DNA of 64,000 nucleotides, from NCBI RefSeq assembly GCF_002854065.1, contig NZ_CP024147.1; one strand, 5' to 3'. The translations under genes were made by a program, and so were the position numbers. Under the pieces are notes generated by a model. That model was not told where the DNA came from. It made no database searches and worked only from the letters and a program-made list of their open reading frames with translations. Shown piece after piece: positions 56,568-64,000 of the stretch (within the stretch, counting starts at the first letter, position 1; each line of letters opens with the position of its first letter). This DNA is from Escherichia coli (GTDB taxonomy: Bacteria > Pseudomonadota > Gammaproteobacteria > Enterobacterales > Enterobacteriaceae).

Positions 56568-58616
56568 TCACACCAGACCGCAAACGGTCAGCAGTAAATC
56601 AATGACTTTGATACCAATAAACGGCACCAGCAGCCCACCCAGACCGTAAATCCATAAGTTACGGCGCAACATGGCAGAAGCGGTAAGCGGTTTATAACTC
56701 ACACCTTTTAACGCCAGAGGAATCAAAAAGACGATAATCAAGGCGTTGAAAATGACCGCACTGAGAATGGCGGAGTCGGGCGAATGAAGGCGCATGATGT
56801 TCAGCGCATTTAACTGCGGATACGTTGCCGCGAACGCCGCCGGAATAATGGCGAAGTATTTCGCCACATCGTTGGCAATGCTGAAGGTGGTCAGCGAGCC
56901 ACGGGTCATCAGCATCTGTTTGCCAATGTGCACCACCTCGATCAACTTGGTCGGGTTAGAGTCGAGATCGACCATATTGCCCGCCTCTTTCGCCGCCTGG
57001 GTGCCAGAGTTCATCGCCACCGCGACATCTGCCTGCGCCAGCGCCGGAGCATCGTTGGTGCCGTCGCCGGTCATCGCTACCAAACGACCTTCCGCCTGAT
57101 ACTGACGAATCAATGCCAGCTTGGCCTCCGGTGTCGCTTCGGCGAGGAAATCATCGACGCCCGCTTCTGCAGCTATCGCAGCGGCAGTCAGACGGTTATC
57201 GCCGGTAATCATCACCGTTTTAATGCCCATTTGGCGCAGTTGCGCGAAGCGTTCTTTAATGCCGCCTTTAATGATATCTTTCAGCGCAATAACGCCCAGC
57301 ACACGAGAACCTTCCACCACCACCAGCGGCGTGGCTCCCTGACGCGCAACCTGATCGACTTTTTGATCAACATCGGCAGGGAAGTGACCACCGTTAGCCT
57401 CAACATGGCGGCGAATGGCATCGACAGAACCTTTACGGATCATGCGGTTGTCGATGTTGATCCCGCTCATCCGGCTTTGCGCAGTAAACGGTACAAAGGT
57501 GGCATGGAGCGACTGCACATCGCGTTCGCGCAGGTTAAAACGTTGCTTGGCGAGGATCACAATACTGCGGCCTTCCGGCGTTTCATCAGCCAGCGAAGCC
57601 AGTTGTGCGGCGTCAGCCAGCATTTTTTCATCCACGCCCTGCGCAGGGATAAACTCCGATGCCTGACGGTTACCGAGTGTGATGGTGCCGGTTTTATCCA
57701 GCAGCAGAACGTCAACGTCACCTGCCGCTTCAACTGCACGTCCGCTGGTGGCAATCACATTCGCGCCCAGCATCCGACTCATCCCGGCGACGCCGATCGC
57801 TGACAACAGGCCGCCAATAGTGGTTGGGATCAGACAGACCAGCAGCGCCACCAGTACCGTTACACTGACTGCATTACCACCCCACGCAGAAAACGGCCAC
57901 AGCGTGGCGGTTGCCAGTAAAAAGACGATAGTCAGGGCAATCAGCAGGATGGTCAGGGCAATCTCGTTCGGCGTTTTACGTCGCTGTGCGCCTTCCACCA
58001 TCGCGATCATCCGATCCAGAAATGTCTCGCCGGGGTTAACGCTACACTCAATCACCAGCCAGTCAGAAAGAATACGCGTGCCGCCGGTGACGGAGGCAAA
58101 ATCGCCGCCGGATTCACGGATAACCGGTGCCGATTCCCCGGTGATGGCGCTTTCATCGACCGATGCACCCCCTTCAATAACTTCACCATCGCAGGGGATA
58201 ATATCGCCAGCTTCTACTAGCACGATGTCACCTTTGCGCAGTTGATCGGCGGGAACTTTGTCCGCCGCAGCGCCATATTTCGGTTCGCGCAGCTTGCGGG
58301 CAAAGGCAGTTTTTTTCACCCCTTTCAGACTGTTGGCCTGCGCTTTACTGCGGCCTTCTGCCAGCGCCTCGGCGAAATTAGCGAACAGTACGGTGATCCA
58401 CAGCCAACCGCTAATGGCTGCGCTAAACAGCGCAATGCCGGGCATCGCACCGCTTGCCATCGCGATGCTAATACAGGTGGTCAGCAGACTGCCGATCCAG
58501 ACGATAAACATCACCGGATTGCGCCATTGCGCCTGCGGGTTTAATTTTTTCACCGCTTCTTTCAGCGCCTGAACGACAAGTGTTGGTTCGAATAGCGCCA
58601 GTTGTTTACGACTCAT
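56568..58616 (-). CDS. kdpB: K+-transporting P-type ATPase catalytic subunit KdpB
   Basis: 682-aa ORF with P-type phosphorylation motif DKTGT and hinge motif [10 protein letters not shown]. Confidence 0.95.
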   Translation of the reverse strand: MSRKQLALFEPTLVVQALKEAVKKLNPQAQWRNPVMFIVWIGSLLTTCISIAMASGAMPGIALFSAAISGWLWITVLFANFAEALAEGRSKAQANSLKGVKKTAFARKLREPKYGAAADKVPADQLRKGDIVLVEAGDIIPCDGEVIEGGASVDESAITGESAPVIRESGGDFASVTGGTRILSDWLVIECSVNPGETFLDRMIAMVEGAQRRKTPNEIALTILLIALTIVFLLATATLWPFSAWGGNAVSVTVLVALLVCLIPTTIGGLLSAIGVAGMSRMLGANVIATSGRAVEAAGDVDVLLLDKTGTITLGNRQASEFIPAQGVDEKMLADAAQLASLADETPEGRSIVILAKQRFNLRERDVQSLHATFVPFTAQSRMSGINIDNRMIRKGSVDAIRRHVEANGGHFPADVDQKVDQVARQGATPLVVVEGSRVLGVIALKDIIKGGIKERFAQLRQMGIKTVMITGDNRLTAAAIAAEAGVDDFLAEATPEAKLALIRQYQAEGRLVAMTGDGTNDAPALAQADVAVAMNSGTQAAKEAGNMVDLDSNPTKLIEVVHIGKQMLMTRGSLTTFSIANDVAKYFAIIPAAFAATYPQLNALNIMRLHSPDSAILSAVIFNALIIVFLIPLALKGVSYKPLTASAMLRRNLWIYGLGGLLVPFIGIKVIDLLLTVCGLV

Positions 58617-58638
58617 ATTCAGTGCTCACTCAATATCA

Positions 58639-60312
58639 TCAGGAGAGATATTCCGCCACCGGACCAAGCGCCAGGGCAGGGATAAAGGTCAGTGCGCCAA
58701 CCAGCAACACGGTGCCGATTAACAGGCCAACAAACAGCGGGCCGTGCGTTGGCAGCGTGCCGGAGCTGGCGGGTTGGCTCTTTTTACTCACCAGCGAACC
58801 GGCAATTGCCATCACCGGGATAATCACCCCGAAGCGACCGACAAACATGCAGAACGCCAGTAAACAGTTCCAGAACGGAGAGTTGGCGCTTAATCCGGCA
58901 AAGGCGCTGCCGTTGTTGTTAGCGGCGGATGACACGGCGTACAGCACTTCGCTAAAACCATGCGGGCCAGGGTTGAGCATGGCGCTACGTCCGGCGTCGG
59001 TCATCATTGCCAGCGCCGCGCCCATCAGCACCAGCGTCGGGGTGACCAGAATCGCCAGTGCAGTCAGTTTCATCTCACGTACGTCGATTTTTTTACCCAG
59101 ATATTCCGGTGTACGACCAATCATCAGCCCGGCAATAAACACCGCCAGCAGGACAAACAGCATCATGCCGTAAAGACCAGAACCGACACCGCCGAATACC
59201 ACTTCACCAATTTGCATCAGCCACATCGGCACCATGCCACCGAGAGCGGTAAACGAATCATGCATCGCAATCACCGCGCCACAGGACGCCGCCGTAGTCA
59301 CGACCGCAAACAGGCTACTGACCAGCACGCCGAAACGGCTCTCTTTACCTTCCATATTGATGCTGCTGTCCGCACCCAGCGCCAGCAGATGAGGATTACC
59401 CTGAACTTCTGCCCACATCACCACGCCTACGCAGATGACAAAAATCACTGACATCGCCCACAGCAACATGCGCCCCTGGCGGCGATCGCCCGTCACTTCA
59501 CCAAAGGCAAAGCACAGCGCTGTTGGGATCAAGAAGATCGCCAGCATCTGCACGAAGTTGGTCAGTGCGGTTGGGTTTTCAAACGGATGCGACGAGTTGG
59601 CATTAAAGAAACCACCGCCGTTAGTGCCGAGCATCTTGATCGCTTCCTGAGAAGCCACCGGACCCATTGGTAACAGCTGTTGCGCTCCTTCAACGGTATT
59701 CACCGCCTGATAAGGCTGAAAGTTTTGCAGTGCACCTTGTTGAATAAAAAACAGTGCGATCAACAACGCCACAGGGACTAGCACCCATAACGTGATGCGT
59801 AGCAGATCGACCCAGGCATTCCCGAGTGTGCTCATGCTCTGGCGGGTAAATGCACGGATGAAGGCAAAAATCACCGCAATCCCGCTGGCGGCAGAAAGAA
59901 AGTTTTGCACCGTTAAGCCCGCCATCTGGCTGAAATAGCTCAACGTGGTTTCACCGCTATAAGATTGCCAGTTGGTATTCGTGACAAAGCTGACGGCGGT
60001 ATTCAGCGCCAGATCCCACGACAGCCCCGGCAACTGCTGTGGATTAAGCGGCAGATAGTGCTGACCGAGCAACATAAAAAACAGCACCGCAAGCCCCAGC
60101 ATGTTCAGGCCGAGAATGGCTGAGAGATACTGCTTCCAGTTCATCTCATGGTTAGAGACGCCAGGTAAACGAAAGAGTATACGTTCAACGCCCGCTGTAC
60201 CGGGAAGAGGAATATCATTAATCAACCGTGCCAGCCCGCTACCTAAGGGACGCGCCAGCACCATCAGCACCAGTAAAAACGTGGCGATCAATAAGAACCC
60301 TTGCGCAGCCAT
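58639..60312 (-). CDS. kdpA: K+-transporting ATPase channel subunit KdpA
   Basis: Start set at [16 protein letters not shown] (557 aa); start overlaps the kdpF stop. Confidence 0.94.
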   Translation of the reverse strand: MAAQGFLLIATFLLVLMVLARPLGSGLARLINDIPLPGTAGVERILFRLPGVSNHEMNWKQYLSAILGLNMLGLAVLFFMLLGQHYLPLNPQQLPGLSWDLALNTAVSFVTNTNWQSYSGETTLSYFSQMAGLTVQNFLSAASGIAVIFAFIRAFTRQSMSTLGNAWVDLLRITLWVLVPVALLIALFFIQQGALQNFQPYQAVNTVEGAQQLLPMGPVASQEAIKMLGTNGGGFFNANSSHPFENPTALTNFVQMLAIFLIPTALCFAFGEVTGDRRQGRMLLWAMSVIFVICVGVVMWAEVQGNPHLLALGADSSINMEGKESRFGVLVSSLFAVVTTAASCGAVIAMHDSFTALGGMVPMWLMQIGEVVFGGVGSGLYGMMLFVLLAVFIAGLMIGRTPEYLGKKIDVREMKLTALAILVTPTLVLMGAALAMMTDAGRSAMLNPGPHGFSEVLYAVSSAANNNGSAFAGLSANSPFWNCLLAFCMFVGRFGVIIPVMAIAGSLVSKKSQPASSGTLPTHGPLFVGLLIGTVLLVGALTFIPALALGPVAEYLS

Positions 60313-60401
60313 CAGAACGCCTCCGCATTGATCAGGGCATAAACCAGATAACCCAGTAATAAAAACACCAGCAACACGCCGGCTATCACGCCTGCACTCA
60401 C
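60312..60401 (-). CDS. kdpF: KdpF small membrane subunit (29 codons, GTG start)
   Basis: Minus-strand GGAGG RBS then GTG AGT GCA GGC GTG... encoding (M)[28 protein letters not shown]. Confidence 0.75.
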   Translation of the reverse strand: MSAGVIAGVLLVFLLLGYLVYALINAEAF

Positions 60402-60470
60402 AGTGCACCTCCAGTGGCCTAAAAGTGATACCGGAAGGGTAGAATTTTGGCTGCAAAGATTTCGCAAAAA

Positions 60471-60495
60471 TCTGCGGACGGGGTGTAAAAAAAGT
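60471..60495. promoter_or_regulatory. KdpE operator upstream of kdpF
   Basis: Minus-strand CCATTTTTATACTTTTTTTACACCCC, a T-rich sequence of the KdpE-operator type, about 70-95 bp upstream of the kdpF start. Confidence 0.6.
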
Positions 60496-60713
60496 ATAAA
60501 AATGGCAAAAGCCATGATTTAACTAATGTTTAGTATTAATTTAACTTTTGTGTAACTTAATTACAGGGTCAATGTAAATAAACCATCAATAAGCAAAAAT
60601 AAGTGGTCGGATGAGTAGTAAAATTACACAAAAGGCGGTACTATTTTCATCAGATAAACAAATTCATTTTTCCGGTGCTATTCACCGGGTAGATACAAAA
60701 GGGGGAGAAAAGT

Positions 60714-60920
60714 ATGGAACTCTACAGAGAATATCCTGCATGGCTTATCTTTTTACGCCGTACTTATGCGGTTGCAGCGGGCGTTCTGACGCTGCCTTTC
60801 ATGCTTTTCTGGAAAGACCGCGCCCGCTTTTACAGCTACCTGCACCGCGTCTGGTCGAAAACCAGCGACAAACCGGTGTGGATGGATCAGGCCGAAAAGG
60901 CAACCGGTGATTTTTACTGA
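60714..60920 (+). CDS. ybfA: Small DUF2517 protein YbfA
   Basis: 68-aa [26 protein letters not shown]..., in the position downstream of the kdp promoter. Confidence 0.8.
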   Translation: MELYREYPAWLIFLRRTYAVAAGVLTLPFMLFWKDRARFYSYLHRVWSKTSDKPVWMDQAEKATGDFY

Positions 60921-60935
60921 TTGCCTGCGCGCTTA

Positions 60936-60963
60936 AGCCAGCCTCGTATCAGGGGGCTGGTTT
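60936..60963 (+). terminator. Intrinsic terminator after ybfA
   Basis: Hairpin agccagcc-tcgtatcag-ggggctgg followed by ttt. Confidence 0.5.
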
Positions 60964-61704
60964 ATGTGTTTTACATCAACGTCTTCCATGATAATTAACA
61001 TGGAAGACGTTTACATCGTGTTATTCATTTCATCACTGTTTTAGCATCAAGTTTCGATAGTATCCTTTTAAAGGGCGGCTCAGGATGCGGTCGCCTCCAT
61101 TGTTGCTCTAAGCAACTATGTCGTCAGAAATCTTCAGTTAGGTTGCATACTCCATTACACACTTTCCTGAAACCTCAGGGGAAGGTGAGAAAGCCCCTGT
61201 CACTTTTGCTCATTCCAGCATCTAAATAAATTCCGAATTTTGCTATTAACATCGCTACCGCAAGAAAAGCAGATAGTAAAGAGAGTAATATATACTTTAT
61301 TGATATATTAAGAATAATTAATTGTTAACATATCTAATGCAATAAGATGTGTTGTTGTTAATAAAAAGCTTATAGATTTATAGTTAATAATTAAAACGCA
61401 TCCGATATTTCAGCTTTTTCTATGCAAGATACAATTTTATAAGGTGTCCATTTTTATATGGAGGCGGTAGCGTGTCTGTTACTAGTGGTTTTATTTGCAT
61501 GGTGAATATATTGGGATTGTTAAATGCATAACGATGTATCCGTTCTGGTCGTTGTAAACATTGCTAATTGCTTAATATTATTAGTGATTATGGCTGGAAA
61601 GATAAAATGTGTGATAAACGGTGATGGATATCACCTTCATGACTAAAAAATAAATAAAAACCCATCAATAAATAATTCATTTATTAAAAAGGACTCATAC
61701 CAGT

Positions 61705-62157
61705 ATGACGGAGTATTATCTCAATGAAACTGTTGTAACTTTTCCCGGGAATATTATTCAGGACAGTACGATTAATATGCTGCGCCTCAGCGATCCCGAC
61801 GCTGCACTCATTATCAGTCGGGGCCAGATGCAGGAAGGAGACGAATTAGCCTCCCAGATTGAACAGCAAATGAAAAAACTGGAGAAACAGGTAAAGGATC
61901 TTCACTACACGCCAGTTCAGGTAACACGGGTAGGGATTAATGACGGTGAACAAGGGCTGGAAATACAGAGCCAGTTTCTCCGGGGTAACGAGCAGGTGTA
62001 CCAGTGTCAGGTGGCATTTGTATTGCCGGGTGAGCGGGTCATGATGGCCTTCACCTACGCCAGAACCACACCGCTGACCCCGGCAGATATGACGCGCTGG
62101 GCTGAAATTAAAAAGAATCTGCGCTTCAGGATGCGGCAGGAAGCCAGGACGAATTAA
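61705..62157 (+). CDS. Eag-family (DUF1795) chaperone of a type VI secretion prePAAR effector
   Basis: 150-aa ORF whose N-terminus (YYLNETVVTFPGNIIQDSTINMLRLSDPDAALIISRGQ) has the DUF1795 pattern; ends 18 bp before an Rhs ORF that begins with a prePAAR motif. Confidence 0.75.
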   Translation: MTEYYLNETVVTFPGNIIQDSTINMLRLSDPDAALIISRGQMQEGDELASQIEQQMKKLEKQVKDLHYTPVQVTRVGINDGEQGLEIQSQFLRGNEQVYQCQVAFVLPGERVMMAFTYARTTPLTPADMTRWAEIKKNLRFRMRQEARTN

Positions 62158-62175
62158 TCATACAGGGAACGGGAC

Positions 62176-64000
62176 ATGGAAGAGGCATTCTGGGCGGCAA
62201 GACAGGGTGATGCCCTGCTGCATACGTCGTTTATGGCAGATGTGCTGGGGGCGGTGCTGGAGGTGGCCGCAAATGTCGTTATTGATGCTCTCATTGTCGG
62301 CACAACCTCGTTACTGGCGGCGTCAGTGGGGTTCACGATGGGGTGCACGGCCGTCGTGCTGACCGGTTTTGTGGCGGGTGTGGCGATGGTGTACACCGGC
62401 GTGACAGAAAAGGTCAGCGAAGCCTGTTCAGCCCTCGCAGATATGCTTTTCCCGCCTCAGATTGAAGGTTACATCCTCACCGGCTCTGGTGACACATGGA
62501 TCAACAGCAAACCTGCCGCGCGGGCAGCGGCGACTGCGGCATCGCGGCAGGACATTGAGGCGCAGGAGGCGCAGTCGAAGGCGGAACAGGAAGAAGCGCA
62601 GCGTCAGGAGGATGCCAGAACGTTCCGGGATGTGGCCGGGGAATATCTGGAAATGGCGGGGGCCATAGCCCTGGCGGTTAACCCGGTGACAGGGCCTGTG
62701 CTGATGTCCCGGGCGCTGCACGACCAGCTCAGTACGGAAGAAGGGCGTTCTGAAATGGTGGATGGCGTGACACATTTTGTGTCGGAACTATGGCAGCCCA
62801 CTGTGGCCAGTGCGGCCCCGGGCTCCACCCCGACCCCTGACGATAAAATCGACTGCCATAAACATCCTTCCTCACTGACGCAGTTTCTCGCACAAAAAAA
62901 AGCTGCCTTTCTGGATGACCCCCTGGGAACGGCCCTTAACCTGCTGAGTCCGGACGGTATGCTGGAAACCGCCTTTCAGGGAGTGAATGCGGTTATTGGC
63001 AGCATCAGTAATCTGTTCAAAGGCGATGACGAGCCGCCCGCAGCGGAATATATCGCGGAAGGCGCGCGGGATGTGCGTATCAACAGCCAGCCGGCGGCAC
63101 GCAGCGGGGCACGCTGTACCTGCGAGGCCAGGGTGGTGAATGAGCCGGGGAACGGGGCGTTTGTGTCACCGGATGTGCGCATTGGCGGTCCGTTACTGGT
63201 GGTCAGGGATATCAGAAGCGGCAGGTCGCAGATAACCCTGGTGGCAACTGTGGCGCTGATGTTTCTTCGCCCGGGCAAAATGCTTTCTAAAATCGCCTGT
63301 TTTGCTGCCAGTGTCGGGATGAGCATGCTGGCGCAGAAGGCCACCAGAGCCCTTCCGCATCCGGTCAATGCCGCCACCGGGGCCAAATACCTTGCCGATG
63401 ACGATGACTTCGATTTCAGTCTGCCGGGCCACTTTCCGCTGGACTGGCAGCGCGTGTACAGCAGTCGTGACGAACGCACGGAAGGAATGTTTGGTCAGGG
63501 CTGGAGTGTGATGTATGAAGTCAGCCTGGTGCGCACACCGGGTAACGCGGACGAAAACTGCATGACCTTTGTGTCGGGCATGGGGCGACGCCTGGATATG
63601 GAAGCCGTGCTGCCGGGGAGCGGGTTTTACAGCCCCGGCGAAGGACTGGCAGTCCGGCGTGGTGAGCAGGGGCACTGGCTTATCAGCAGCGATGATGGAC
63701 AGTTTTTTCTGTTTGAAGCCGACCCGCACAACCCGCAGCGCCAGCGGCTGAAAATGCTGGGCGACCGTAACAGCAACTGTCTGAATCTGTACTACGACGA
63801 CCGGGGACGTATCACTGAAATCAGCGGCGAACAGCAGCGTCCGTGCATCCGTCTGTATTACGAACTGGCGGCGCATCCCCGGCGGATGACACAGATTTAT
63901 CAGCATTTCCCTGAGACTGCACCTTTACTGCTGCGTCGTTACAGCTATGACGAGGCCGGCCACCTGAACGGCGTGTACGACAGCACGGGGCACCTGCTGC
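62176..64000 (+). CDS. Rhs-family polymorphic toxin, N-terminal 608 codons (prePAAR, TMD, PAAR, start of YD repeats); continues past the window end
   Basis: Own translation from ATG 62176: MEEAFWAARQGDALLHTSF (prePAAR AARxxDxxxH), hydrophobic helices aa 21-75, PAAR motifs (TWINSKPAAR; VRINSQPAARSGARCTC), second hydrophobic segment aa 352-388, then YD-repeat sequence (NLYYDDRGRITEISG; YSYDEAGHLNGVYDSTGHLL). No stop before base 64000. Confidence 0.85.
   Translation, partial: MEEAFWAARQGDALLHTSFMADVLGAVLEVAANVVIDALIVGTTSLLAASVGFTMGCTAVVLTGFVAGVAMVYTGVTEKVSEACSALADMLFPPQIEGYILTGSGDTWINSKPAARAAATAASRQDIEAQEAQSKAEQEEAQRQEDARTFRDVAGEYLEMAGAIALAVNPVTGPVLMSRALHDQLSTEEGRSEMVDGVTHFVSELWQPTVASAAPGSTPTPDDKIDCHKHPSSLTQFLAQKKAAFLDDPLGTALNLLSPDGMLETAFQGVNAVIGSISNLFKGDDEPPAAEYIAEGARDVRINSQPAARSGARCTCEARVVNEPGNGAFVSPDVRIGGPLLVVRDIRSGRSQITLVATVALMFLRPGKMLSKIACFAASVGMSMLAQKATRALPHPVNAATGAKYLADDDDFDFSLPGHFPLDWQRVYSSRDERTEGMFGQGWSVMYEVSLVRTPGNADENCMTFVSGMGRRLDMEAVLPGSGFYSPGEGLAVRRGEQGHWLISSDDGQFFLFEADPHNPQRQRLKMLGDRNSNCLNLYYDDRGRITEISGEQQRPCIRLYYELAAHPRRMTQIYQHFPETAPLLLRRYSYDEAGHLNGVYDSTGHLL

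Noticed and set aside
60611-60910. 99-aa plus-strand ORF overlapping ybfA in another frame
   Set aside because: Starts within the kdp promoter region; the ybfA frame yields the expected 68-aa product.
62976-63906. Two overlapping minus-strand ORFs (167 aa and 237 aa)
   Set aside because: Antisense to the Rhs N-terminal coding region; the plus-strand frame carries the prePAAR, PAAR and YD motifs.

Overview
This window is a contiguous stretch of Escherichia-type chromosome, syntenic with the E. coli K-12 mrdAB-leuS ... nag-glnS-fur ... speF-kdp-ybfA region. Gene calls rest on reading the supplied ORF translations for family signatures and on recalled E. coli gene order; no database search was possible. 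Most of it is core housekeeping: cell-wall and ribosome-maturation genes (mrdB partial, mrdA, rlmH, rsfS, cobC, nadD, holA, lptE, leuS), gltIJKL, lnt, corC-ybeY-ybeZ, miaB, ubiF, a seven-gene tRNA operon (metT-leuW-glnU-glnW-metU-glnV-glnX), asnB, the divergent nagE / nagBACD regulon, glnS, chiPQ, uof-fur, fldA, ybfE, ybfF, seqA, pgm, the speFL-speF-potE acid-response operon and kdpFABC-kdpDE. Three parts stand out. First, at the 3' end, a DUF1795 Eag-type chaperone gene is followed by the start of an Rhs protein with a prePAAR motif, transmembrane segments and PAAR motifs, which is the signature of a type VI secretion Rhs effector; its toxin and immunity genes lie beyond the window. Second, the ybeQ-hscC block is a duplicated cassette (Sel1-repeat protein, DUF1266 protein, tail-anchored J-like protein, twice) beside the specialised Hsp70 HscC; its function is unknown. 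Third, an ERIC-type repeat plus a truncated second copy sits in the regulatory leader between speFL and speF. No CRISPR array, IS element, integrase or prophage was seen. Regulatory-site and terminator coordinates were found by eye and are approximate.
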